From: Candidatus Nealsonbacteria bacterium
Lineage (GTDB): Bacteria; Patescibacteriota; Minisyncoccia; Minisyncoccales; PWPS01
Direction of reading: 5' to 3'
Assembly (NCBI GenBank): GCA_003560095.1
Contig: PWJI01000018.1
Coordinates: 1-57,477, forward strand
Length of the DNA stretch: 57,477 nt
In this document: piece by piece, positions 25,180 to 34,347 of the stretch
Layout of the letters: the number at the start of each line of letters is the position of its first letter
Numbering within the stretch: position 1 is the first letter of the stretch
Notes under the pieces: model-generated
Seen by the model: the letters and a program-made list of their open reading frames with translations, nothing else
Told to the model about the DNA's origin: nothing
Databases searched by the model: none
Made by a program: the position numbers and the translations under genes

Positions 25180-26094
25180 TATATTTTGAATATCGGAATT
25201 TCGGTTATCGGAGTAAAGTAGAACCATTATATATTTTCTCCCATTAAAATCAAAAACTCCGGTGTAGGTTTGCTTTGCTATGCCTAAATATCCCCCCTTT
25301 CCCCCCACAAATTCTTCTACTTTGTGTCCTATATTGGTGTTTCTAAAGGTGCATATTCCTCCGTGCTGAGGGCAATTCCCGGGAAGCTGAAAATTTTCTT
25401 TTGTTGTGGCTTCTAATATTTTAGGGTGATTTTCGTGAATATAAGAAATTAGTTTTACCAAGTCATTTGCCGTACTGATGTTTGGATTGGGGAATTTTGA
25501 CTGAAGACTGCTAATTCCCGCCAATCCGTGAGCATCGTAAAAACGAGCTTTTTCCATTCCGATCTCTTTTGCCTTTTTATTCATTAAAAGAACTAGACTA
25601 CCTTCTCCCATAAAGTATGTAAGAGCTTCTGATGCATCGTTTGTGGATTGTATAAGACTTGCTTTTATAAGATTTTCTGCCGAAACCCTGTATCCGGGAA
25701 GTAGGGCGGGGCTTCTTTGATTATATCCTACAAGCATATCGTGACTTAGGGTAATTGTTTCACGCGGATCAATATGCTCTACTGCAACAAGAGAGCTCAT
25801 AAGTTTGGTTATAGAGGCAATAGGATACCAAGCGTTTTCGTTTTTTGAAAGAAGGGGAGAATTGCTTTCCATATCAACAACAAGATAGGACTGAGCATTT
25901 AGCTTTTCTTTTAGTTCTATTTTTTTTAGCATCCAGCGAAGATCTCTTGCTTCTCTCTCTATTCTTCGATATCTTGATAGAAAAGACTCTCTTTGTGCTT
26001 CTGTTTTTAGTTGCGAGGAAGACAGGATTATATTTACGAATGGAAAAAATAAGAAAAAAAGTGCGATTAAAAAAATAGATACTTTTTGTTTCAT
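25153..26094 (-). CDS. D-alanyl-D-alanine carboxypeptidase (S11, PBP5-like)
   Basis: SITK (SxxK), STN (SxN) and a KGG (KTG-like) motif, with an N-terminal signal/anchor. Confidence 0.8.
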   Translation of the reverse strand: MKQKVSIFLIALFFLFFPFVNIILSSSQLKTEAQRESFLSRYRRIEREARDLRWMLKKIELKEKLNAQSYLVVDMESNSPLLSKNENAWYPIASITKLMSSLVAVEHIDPRETITLSHDMLVGYNQRSPALLPGYRVSAENLIKASLIQSTNDASEALTYFMGEGSLVLLMNKKAKEIGMEKARFYDAHGLAGISSLQSKFPNPNISTANDLVKLISYIHENHPKILEATTKENFQLPGNCPQHGGICTFRNTNIGHKVEEFVGGKGGYLGIAKQTYTGVFDFNGRKYIMVLLYSDNRNSDIQNISNWLRERP

Positions 26095-26217
26095 TTCTTT
26101 ATACGTCTTATTATGCTATTAAATTCTTAGTAAAATATATTTTCTTTAAATTTATTTTATTGTATAATGCCATTTGAAAGAATAACACTTATTCCAATTT
26201 AAATAAATACTATATTT

Positions 26218-27393
26218 ATGAAAACAATGCAAGTAATAAAAAAAATAAAATTGGTTGTTTTCTTCTTTTTGTTTTTCTTTTTTATCTTTACTCCTTTTTT
26301 TGAAAGCCAAGGGGAAGATGTTTTAGAGGATGCTCATGACAAGGAAGTTGTAGAAATACACTTTTTTGAATACAGGTATTGCTCGGTTTGTCGGGAAGCA
26401 AAAGAATTCATTAAGGAAATAAAAGAAGATTATCCTGAGATAGAGCTTATTATTTACCCTATATCAGAAATAGATAGAGAAAAATTTGATGAGATTGGAA
26501 AAATGCATGGAGTGGAAAATCTTGATATGACGGCACCGACAATTTTTATTGGGGATAATTATTTTCAGTTTATAAATTTTACAAAAGAAAGTGAAAATGA
26601 TCTTATACGGGCGATAGAAGGGGAGGTTGTTGATAGAGATTGCTGTATGCTAACTATTCCTTTAATTAATTTGAAAGTTAACACAAAAGACTGGTCTTTG
26701 CCTTTTGTAACGATAATAATGGGCTCTCTTGATGGATTTAATGTTTGCTCTCTTGGTGCACTTATTCTTATTTTGTCCATTGTTATTGGTTTTAAGTCGA
26801 GAAAAAAAATATTAATTTACGGGGGGTTATTTATTTTTGTGACGGTTACGGTTTACGGATTATTGGTTTTTGCTTGGAGAAGTATTCTTTACGAACCCCT
26901 TGTAGTTCATATGGAGAATATTGGAATTTTTATAGGTATTTTTGCTTTTCTTGGGGGACTTTATTTTTTTAGAGAATTTTGGAGATTTTTTCGTTACGGA
27001 CCAACTTGCAAAACTTCACAAAGTAAATTAGCGCAAAAAGCAACGCAAAAACTGCAAAAAGCTTTTGAAAATCCAACCAAAGGAGCATTGGCACTTGCCG
27101 GAAGCGTTGCTTTTTTTGCTGTAACAATAACTCTCGTAGAGCTTCCTTGCTCGATTGGTATTCCGGTTATTTATACGGGAATTCTTGCTGATGCAGGAAT
27201 ATCAATCACAGAATCCATTTTTTATATTTTACTTTATCTTTTCTTTTATATGCTAATAGAAGTTGTTATTTTTATTGGTGCTGTATTAACCAAAGAAATA
27301 TGGATGATGAATTCCAAGGCAATTACCTGGATAACTTTTGTTGGCGCAATGATTATGTTTTATTTGGCGTATTATTATTTAATAGCTGCATAA
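26218..27393 (+). CDS. thioredoxin-fold domain fused to a DsbD/CcdA-like membrane thiol-disulfide transporter
   Basis: N-terminal CSVC in a Trx-like context. TM segments carry FNVCSLG and ELPCSIG. Confidence 0.6.
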   Translation: MKTMQVIKKIKLVVFFFLFFFFIFTPFFESQGEDVLEDAHDKEVVEIHFFEYRYCSVCREAKEFIKEIKEDYPEIELIIYPISEIDREKFDEIGKMHGVENLDMTAPTIFIGDNYFQFINFTKESENDLIRAIEGEVVDRDCCMLTIPLINLKVNTKDWSLPFVTIIMGSLDGFNVCSLGALILILSIVIGFKSRKKILIYGGLFIFVTVTVYGLLVFAWRSILYEPLVVHMENIGIFIGIFAFLGGLYFFREFWRFFRYGPTCKTSQSKLAQKATQKLQKAFENPTKGALALAGSVAFFAVTITLVELPCSIGIPVIYTGILADAGISITESIFYILLYLFFYMLIEVVIFIGAVLTKEIWMMNSKAITWITFVGAMIMFYLAYYYLIAA

Positions 27394-27397
27394 AAAG

Positions 27398-28315
27398 ATG
27401 TATGATTTAATTATAATAGGAGGGGGGCCAGCCGGTATTACTGCCGGAATTTACGCGCTAAGAAAAAAGCTAAAAACCCTTCTTATATCAAAAGATTTCA
27501 TAGGGCAAGTTGGTTCTTCGGGTAAGATTGAAAACTGGCCCGGAGAAAAAAGTATTTTGGGCCCGGAACTTATCTTAAATTTCAAAGAGCATCTTGATGA
27601 ATATAATCCGGAAATTTTTGAAGGGAAAGTTTCTTTTATAGAAAAAACAGAAAATTTCAAGGTGATTGCGAAAGGCAAGGAATTTTTTTCTTCCTGCATT
27701 ATTCTTGCCACAGGGAGAAAACCAAAAAAATTAAATATTCAAGGAGAAGAAGATTTTATCGGAAAGGGTGTTGTGTATTGCACGACATGTGACGCACCTC
27801 TTTTCCAGGGAAAGCAAGTTTTGATTGTTGGAGGAGGTAATGCAGGAGTAGAGGCTGCTATAGAGCTTACAGATTATACTGATAAAATTTCTCTCTTTGA
27901 GGCTTCTTCCTCTTTTTCTGCTGACGAAACATTAATAGAAAGAGCAAAAGAAAAAAATATAAAATTATTTAAAAACCGAAAAATAAAAAGAATTGAGGGA
28001 GATAGTTTTGTAAGAAAAGTTTATTATGAGGATTTAGGAGAAAAAGAAGAAAAGAGTATTGATGTTGAGGGTGTTTTTGTTCAAATAGGCTCTGTTCCGG
28101 TTAATGATTATTTAAGTAGTGCTTTAATCGATTTTAATGAAAATAAAGAGGTTGTAATAAATCACAAAACCCAAGAAACCAAAACAAAAGGTCTTTTTGC
28201 GGCCGGAGATATCACAAATGTAAAGGATAAGCAAATTATAGTTGCGGCCGGAGAAGGAGCAAAAGCGGCACTTTCTGCCTATGACTACTTGAAAAAAAAC
28301 TATAAAAATGATTAA
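27398..28315 (+). CDS. trxB: thioredoxin-disulfide reductase
   Basis: GGGPAG FAD motif, redox CTTCDA, GGGNAG NADPH motif and AAGD. Confidence 0.9.
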   Translation: MYDLIIIGGGPAGITAGIYALRKKLKTLLISKDFIGQVGSSGKIENWPGEKSILGPELILNFKEHLDEYNPEIFEGKVSFIEKTENFKVIAKGKEFFSSCIILATGRKPKKLNIQGEEDFIGKGVVYCTTCDAPLFQGKQVLIVGGGNAGVEAAIELTDYTDKISLFEASSSFSADETLIERAKEKNIKLFKNRKIKRIEGDSFVRKVYYEDLGEKEEKSIDVEGVFVQIGSVPVNDYLSSALIDFNENKEVVINHKTQETKTKGLFAAGDITNVKDKQIIVAAGEGAKAALSAYDYLKKNYKND

Positions 28316-28736
28316 AGCGATTATTTTTGATATGGTGGGGGTTCTTGTTTCAACCGAGTCTTTTTTAGGAAAGAATAGTGGTATTTTAAGAGAAGATATT
28401 AATTTAATAAAAGAATTAAAGGAAAACGGTTATAAGCTGGCCATTTTAACAAATTGCAGTAGAGAAAGCATAGAAATAATAGAAAGAGAAAGTGCAAAAA
28501 GTTTTTTTGATGTGATTGTTTTTTCCGGGGAAATTGGTTTTGAAAAACCACAAAAAGAAGCTTACGAGATTACACTTTCAAGGCTTGGCGTTCATCCAAA
28601 AGAAACAATTTTTATAGATGACCTTAAAAGAAATGTTCTTGGAGCAAATGCCGTTGGGATGAGAGGGTTATTGTACAAAAATAATACCGATTTAAGGTCT
28701 TCTCTTTTTGACTTAGGCATAAAAATTAATAAATAG
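28308..28736 (+). CDS. HAD-superfamily hydrolase
   Basis: IIFDMVGVL (motif I), LTN (motif II) and FIDD (motif IV). Confidence 0.7.
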   Translation: MIKAIIFDMVGVLVSTESFLGKNSGILREDINLIKELKENGYKLAILTNCSRESIEIIERESAKSFFDVIVFSGEIGFEKPQKEAYEITLSRLGVHPKETIFIDDLKRNVLGANAVGMRGLLYKNNTDLRSSLFDLGIKINK

Positions 28737-28864
28737 TAAAAAAATTTCTTTCTTTGTTGTCTTTTTTGTGCTATAAAATTAAGAAAGAATAAAAATAATT
28801 TTACCTGAAATTAGCTGGCTTAAAACTTTAAAAGTAAACTATATAAGGGTAAATAATTTAAAAA

Positions 28865-30136
28865 GTGAAGGCAAAAATGGAAAAAGCTAAAGAATCTTTT
28901 TTACAATTTTATAATACCAAAAGAAAGTTATTTTATATTATCTCCGGAGTTTTTTTATTTTTTATTCTACTAATAATTGTTCTTTTGGTTTTTCTTAGAG
29001 CTCCCAATCCTCCCGAAGATTTAAGGGCTGAGCCAAGATCGCATAATTCTATTAACTTGACCTGGGCTGATCCTTATAATAGTGAAAGATACAATATATA
29101 TCGTTCTAAGGAAATGGAGGAAGACTACGAAAAGGTGGGGAATACATCAACAAGACATTATAGGGATGAAGGATTAACGCCGGAAACCATTTATTACTAT
29201 AGAGTAACAGGATTAAGAGGAGAAAGGGAGAGTGAGTATAGCGAAGATGTTATGGTTGAAACTGATGCTGTAGGTCCTGTTTCCAATTTAAGAGAAGAGG
29301 GAGTTTCCAGCGATTATATAAGAATTGCCTGGGATGGGTACGAGGGGAGTGAAGGGTATATTATCTACCGAACTGACAACCCCGATAGACCTTATCGAAA
29401 GATTGCTGAAACAAATAATCAGCATTATGTTGATTCCGGCTTAACGGAAAATGTAACTTATTACTATCAAGTAACACAACTAATAGGAGGAAGTGAAACT
29501 GATCATGCTGCGAGAAGTTTTACTACAAGAGAATGGCTTTGTGGAGAGGAAATAAATTACGATGGTAAGTTTTACGAAACTGTTAAAATAGGTGATCAAT
29601 GTTGGTTTGCGGAAAATTTAAATTACGAAACTCAAGAAGGAAGTTGGTGTTATAATGATAATCCGGAACACTGCGATCGTTACGGAATACTTTATTCTTT
29701 AGATACGGCACTTTTGGGAAGCGACAAGGAGGGCGCTCAAGGTATTTGTCCGGATAATTGGAGAGTTCCTTCAGATAGAGATTTTATAATGATGGAAAGA
29801 GAGCTTGGCATGGAAAGAATTGATTCTAACAATACGGGATGGAGGGGAGAAAGGTCAAAGGTTGGTGATCGGATAAAAGCAGTTGGAGATTGCACCGAGA
29901 GAGGGGCTGATTTTTGCGGGTTGTCCGGGCTGAATGTTCTTTTGGGAGGAAATAGAGCACCCGCAGGAGCGTTTTTGCGCATGGGAACACATACTTATTT
30001 GTGGACATCAACATATAATGAGGAAGATGATTCCAGTGCTTGGTCTAGACTTTTCTATATTAACAACGATACTGTTTATCGCGAGACGTCTAGTACAAGA
30101 AACGGGTTTTATGTTAGATGCATGAAAGATATTTAG
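28865..30136 (+). CDS. TM-anchored surface protein with two FN3 domains plus a Fibrobacter-succinogenes-major-paralogous (FISUMP) domain
   Basis: Two copies of W..P....Y.IYR...Y..V, then YETVKIGDQCWFAENLNY, CPDNWRVPS and FYVRCMKD. An alternative start is ATG 28877. Confidence 0.75.
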   Translation: MKAKMEKAKESFLQFYNTKRKLFYIISGVFLFFILLIIVLLVFLRAPNPPEDLRAEPRSHNSINLTWADPYNSERYNIYRSKEMEEDYEKVGNTSTRHYRDEGLTPETIYYYRVTGLRGERESEYSEDVMVETDAVGPVSNLREEGVSSDYIRIAWDGYEGSEGYIIYRTDNPDRPYRKIAETNNQHYVDSGLTENVTYYYQVTQLIGGSETDHAARSFTTREWLCGEEINYDGKFYETVKIGDQCWFAENLNYETQEGSWCYNDNPEHCDRYGILYSLDTALLGSDKEGAQGICPDNWRVPSDRDFIMMERELGMERIDSNNTGWRGERSKVGDRIKAVGDCTERGADFCGLSGLNVLLGGNRAPAGAFLRMGTHTYLWTSTYNEEDDSSAWSRLFYINNDTVYRETSSTRNGFYVRCMKDI

Positions 30137-30157
30137 ATTTAATTAAAGTTAAAAAAT

Positions 30158-30565
30158 ATGACTAAAATAAAGGAAATTTATAAGTGTAATGTTTGTGGAA
30201 ATATTGTAGAAGTTTTGCATGCCGGGGTGGGGGAGCTTGTTTGTTGTAACGAGTCTATGCAACTTATGTCTGAAAAAAATAGAGACGAGGGAGAGGAAAA
30301 ACATGTTCCCGTGGTAGAGAAGCTTCCGGCAAATGTTTGCCAAGGAAAAGATGGATTTAGAGTAAGAGTCGGAGAAGATAAGCATCCCTCAACTAAAGAT
30401 CATTACATTGAGTGGATTGAAATCAATACTACCGATGGAAAATCAGGAAAGAAGTTTTTAAATCCGGAGGAAGACCCGGAGGTTGATTTTTATACCAGAA
30501 AAGAAGTGAAAAGTATTAGGTCGTATTGCAATATTCACGGTTTATGGAAAAAAGATGTCGTTTAG
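30158..30565 (+). CDS. dfx: desulfoferrodoxin (2Fe superoxide reductase)
   Basis: CNVCGNIVEV...CC desulforedoxin motif, plus EKHVPV and CNIHGLW of the SOR centre. Confidence 0.85.
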   Translation: MTKIKEIYKCNVCGNIVEVLHAGVGELVCCNESMQLMSEKNRDEGEEKHVPVVEKLPANVCQGKDGFRVRVGEDKHPSTKDHYIEWIEINTTDGKSGKKFLNPEEDPEVDFYTRKEVKSIRSYCNIHGLWKKDVV

Positions 30566-31604
30566 GGTTGGTATTGTCGGTCTTCCCAATGTCGGAAAGT
30601 CCACTATTTTTAAGGCTATAACTAAAAAGCAAGTGCAGGCGGAAAATTATCCTTTCTGTACAATTGAACCCAACATAGGAACGGTTGCCGTACCTGATAA
30701 AAGAGTTGGAATGCTTGCCGATATATCCAAATCAAAAAAATCTATTTATACAACAATAGAGTTTGTTGATATCGCAGGGCTTGTAAAAGATGCTCATAAA
30801 GGAAAGGGTTTGGGAAATAAATTTTTATCTCACATTAGAGAAGTTGATGCAATAGTTGAAGTTTTAAGAGATTTCAAAGAAAAAGATATTTTTCATACCC
30901 AAGAAACCGTGGATATGGAAAGAGATAGAAGCATTATTGATTTTGAGCTAATGGTAGCCGATATTCAACTTATAGAAAAAGTTTCTTTAAAAGTAGAAAA
31001 AGAAGCAAAAGCGGGAGAAAAAGAGGCTTTGCAAAAATTTGAAGTTCTGCAAAAGATAAAAGATTCTTTGGAAAAAGAAGAAATGATTAAGGACATTAAC
31101 TTAAAGGCAGAGGAGAAGGAATTAATCAAAGAATTTAATTTTTTAACAGATAAGCCAATTATTTATTTGAAAAACATTGGACTTGAAAAAGAATGCAATG
31201 AAGATGTGCTTTCTATAAACGCTAAAATAGAAGAAGAGGTTGCGGAAATGTCACAAAAAGAAGCTACAGAATATCTAAACACCTTCAAAATTAATGAGAG
31301 TGGACTTAACAAGCTAATAAGGGCAAGCTATAGTGCGTTAAATCTTATTTCTTTCTTTACTTCCGGAGAAAAGGAGACAAGGGCTTGGACTCTTGAAAAA
31401 GGTTCTTTTGCCCCAAGTGCTGCAGGGAAAATACATACCGATTTTGAAAAAAATTTTGTGATGGCAGAGGTTATAAATTATAAGGATTTTATTGACTTTA
31501 AAGGGTGGCCCGGAGGAAAAGAAATGGGCAAGGTAAAAGAGAAAGGTAAGGATTATGTAGTTCAAGATGGCGATGTTATTTTCTTTAAAACAGGGAAAAA
31601 ATGA
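30555..31604 (+). CDS. ychF: ribosome-binding ATPase YchF
   Basis: GIVGLPNVGKSTIF, FCTIEPN and the TGS-like C-terminus (RAWT..G..AP.AAG.IH.DF). Confidence 0.9.
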   Translation: MSFRVGIVGLPNVGKSTIFKAITKKQVQAENYPFCTIEPNIGTVAVPDKRVGMLADISKSKKSIYTTIEFVDIAGLVKDAHKGKGLGNKFLSHIREVDAIVEVLRDFKEKDIFHTQETVDMERDRSIIDFELMVADIQLIEKVSLKVEKEAKAGEKEALQKFEVLQKIKDSLEKEEMIKDINLKAEEKELIKEFNFLTDKPIIYLKNIGLEKECNEDVLSINAKIEEEVAEMSQKEATEYLNTFKINESGLNKLIRASYSALNLISFFTSGEKETRAWTLEKGSFAPSAAGKIHTDFEKNFVMAEVINYKDFIDFKGWPGGKEMGKVKEKGKDYVVQDGDVIFFKTGKK

Positions 31605-31846
31605 TTATTGAGGTTGAGGTTAGTTTTTCAAAAAATAAAAATAATTTTTATAGTGATGTAGAGCGTTTAAAAGAGGGTAAGTTTTTGGTTTATGTAAAAT
31701 CACCACCGAAAAACAGAAAAGCGAACAAAGAGTTGATTTATAAAATCGCAAAGTATTTTAAAAAAAAGGAGAGTGATATAAAGATAATCTCCAATACAAG
31801 AGGTCGAAAGAAAAAAATACTAATTAAGGATGAAAATAAAAAATAA
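31601..31846 (+). CDS. DUF167 (YggU-like) protein
   Basis: PPKNRKANKELIYKIAKYF and RGRKKKILI match the family pattern. Confidence 0.6.
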   Translation: MIIEVEVSFSKNKNNFYSDVERLKEGKFLVYVKSPPKNRKANKELIYKIAKYFKKKESDIKIISNTRGRKKKILIKDENKK

Positions 31847-32304
31847 TGAAGCTTACCCCAAACCGACTAAGGAACATTAATCCGAAATTAGTTTGGAGGT
31901 CGGATAAGGAAATTTTTGATTTTTTGTTTTTCTTGAAGGAAAATGACTTTCACTGGATTGAAACAAGGAAAGTTTTTCAAAAAGATAATTCGGAATTTCT
32001 TTTGTCGGTAAAAGAGATTGAAAAGTATATTGATATTAAAAATAGAGAAAAACTTAAAAAGAAGATTAAAGAAAAAGAAAGCCAAGAAACAAAAGAAAAT
32101 AAAAAAACAGAACTTCAAAAATTTATAGTTGCCGGATATTTAATTAATTTGCTCGTATTTTTTATCATTATGAATCTTTTTTTGGGATGGATGATATTTC
32201 ATTTATTTTTTTGGATATTTTTGGAAATATTTTTAATTTTTTTACTTTTTTCTTTTAGTAAAATAAGGAAAAAAATAAAAGAGAAAATGAAAAATGCTTA
32301 TTGA
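31846..32304 (+). CDS. hypothetical membrane protein
   Basis: ORF with two C-terminal hydrophobic segments. No motif recognised. Confidence 0.45.
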   Translation: MKLTPNRLRNINPKLVWRSDKEIFDFLFFLKENDFHWIETRKVFQKDNSEFLLSVKEIEKYIDIKNREKLKKKIKEKESQETKENKKTELQKFIVAGYLINLLVFFIIMNLFLGWMIFHLFFWIFLEIFLIFLLFSFSKIRKKIKEKMKNAY

Positions 32305-33262
32305 TGAAATAAAAATTTATATATCTTCGGGAAAAGGGGGAGATGGGATGGTTTCTTTTAATAAAAACATGATGGAACTTGGTCCTACCGGTGGCTCGGG
32401 AGGAAAAGGGGGCGATGTTATTGCAGAAGGGGTTTCAGACATAGGTGCTCTTAAAGCTTTTCGTTTTAAAAAAAAGATTTATGCCAAAGATGGGGAAAAT
32501 GGTCTTTCACAGTTTCGTGATGGTAAAGATGGCGAAGATCTTTTTTTAAGAGTTCCTGTGGGAACTGTTATGGAAAATTTAGCAACCGGTGAAGTAAAAG
32601 AGATAAAGAAAATAGGAGAAAGAGTTCTTATTCTTAAGGGAGGAAGAGGAGGAAAGGGAAACTTCCATTTTCGTTCTTCTCGCAATACTTCTCCCAAAAA
32701 GAGCGAAAAGGGAAAAGAGGGTGATTCTGCCGAATTTTATTTTCAACTCAAACTTATTGCCGATGTTGGTTTTATCGGTCTTCCCAATGTTGGAAAATCG
32801 AGTCTTTTAAACGAACTTACTAACTCAAAGAGCAAGGTTGCCAACTATGCCTTTACCACCCTTGAACCAAACTTAGGAGCTTATTATGAATTAATTATTG
32901 CCGATATTCCGGGACTTATTGCTGGAGCGCATAAGGGGAGGGGTTTGGGGGTGAAATTTTTAAAGCACATTGAAAGAACAAAAACTCTTTTTCATTTTAT
33001 TTCCGCTAACACGGAAAATCCCATTGAAGATTATAATACTGTTTACGGGGAACTAAAAAAACACAATAAAAAATTATTGGAAAAAGATGAATATATAATA
33101 ATCAGCAAGAAAGACGATGTCTCAAAGGAGAAATTGAAAAAAATAGAGAAAGAGGTAAAAAAAATAGGAAAAGAATTTTGTACAATATCAATACTGGAAG
33201 AAGAGAGTCTAAAATCAATAAAGAGAATACTTGCCAGCATCTCTAAAGAAAAAAGGAAGTAA
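32294..33262 (+). CDS. obg: GTPase Obg/CgtA
   Basis: The Gly-rich Obg fold (GKGGDG..GGSGGKGG..GGRGGKGN) followed by GLPNVGKSSLL and DIPG. Confidence 0.9.
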   Translation: MLIDEIKIYISSGKGGDGMVSFNKNMMELGPTGGSGGKGGDVIAEGVSDIGALKAFRFKKKIYAKDGENGLSQFRDGKDGEDLFLRVPVGTVMENLATGEVKEIKKIGERVLILKGGRGGKGNFHFRSSRNTSPKKSEKGKEGDSAEFYFQLKLIADVGFIGLPNVGKSSLLNELTNSKSKVANYAFTTLEPNLGAYYELIIADIPGLIAGAHKGRGLGVKFLKHIERTKTLFHFISANTENPIEDYNTVYGELKKHNKKLLEKDEYIIISKKDDVSKEKLKKIEKEVKKIGKEFCTISILEEESLKSIKRILASISKEKRK

Positions 33263-33363
33263 GTATTTTATTTTAAAAGTTATCTTTAAATTCAAGCAAC
33301 TTGAAGTTTGCACTTTTTTTATATACACTAAAAAAATAAATTATTTTAAGAATATAAATAAAA

Positions 33364-34347
33364 ATGGATAATATAATTGAAAAAATCAGAAAAGAAAATC
33401 TTCTCGGGAGAAGTGGTTCAATGTTTCCGGTTTGCTTAAAGTGGGAGAGTGTAAAAAACTCCGATCAAAAAGAACGTTATGTAATTTGCAATGCCTCTGA
33501 AGGAGAGGTGGAGACATTTAAAGATTATTATATTTTAAAAAATCACAAAGAAGATGTTATTGAAGGTATAAACTTGGCAATAAAAGAGATGGAGGCAAAG
33601 AGGGGCTATATTTATTTAAACGCATCTTATTTTGATGAATTTGGAAAAGAGTTGCAGGAGTTTTGTGGAGAAAAAATCAAGGTAATTAAAAAAAGAGGAG
33701 GATATATAGGAGGAGAAGAAACCTCGGTAATTGAAGCCATAGAAGGAAATGTTCCTGAGCCCAGAATAAAACCTCCTTTTCCTTCACAGGTTGGTCTTTG
33801 GGGGCTTCCAACATTGGTAAATAATGTTGAAACTCTTTACTGTGTTGCAAAAATAAATAAAGGTGAGTATGAGGGAGAAAGGTTTTTTTCTATTTTTGGA
33901 GATGCTCCAAATAAAGGAGTTTTTGTATTCCCAAAAGATATTAGTGTAAGAGAATTACTTGAAAAAACAAACAATATACCGTCATTTGATTATTTTGTTC
34001 AAGTTGGCGGTGGAGGAGGAGGGGATATTATGCTACCAAGCGAAATTGATTGCACAATCAACTCTCTTGGGTCGGTTATTATTTATAACAAAGAAATTGA
34101 CAAATATCAGTTAATGAAAAAATGGGCTAATTTTTTTCTTGAGGGAAATTGTGACAAATGTACGCCTTGTCGAGAAGGGCTCTATAGAATAATGGAAATG
34201 ATAGAAGAGGAAGATTTTGATGAAATAGAAAAAATGTTTTTTGTTATGCAAAAAACAAGTCTTTGTCCTCTTGGGGTGGTGGCAGTGAAGCCTTTTAAAA
34301 CTTTATTGGAAAAAATTATTTATAAAGAAAATGAAAATAAAAATTAA
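33364..34347 (+). CDS. NuoF/HydB-like flavoprotein subunit (short form)
   Basis: GRSGSMFP..LKW, GGYIGGEETSVIEAIEG, PPFPSQ.GLWG.PTLVNNVET and CDKCTPCREG...CPLG. Confidence 0.8.
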   Translation: MDNIIEKIRKENLLGRSGSMFPVCLKWESVKNSDQKERYVICNASEGEVETFKDYYILKNHKEDVIEGINLAIKEMEAKRGYIYLNASYFDEFGKELQEFCGEKIKVIKKRGGYIGGEETSVIEAIEGNVPEPRIKPPFPSQVGLWGLPTLVNNVETLYCVAKINKGEYEGERFFSIFGDAPNKGVFVFPKDISVRELLEKTNNIPSFDYFVQVGGGGGGDIMLPSEIDCTINSLGSVIIYNKEIDKYQLMKKWANFFLEGNCDKCTPCREGLYRIMEMIEEEDFDEIEKMFFVMQKTSLCPLGVVAVKPFKTLLEKIIYKENENKN

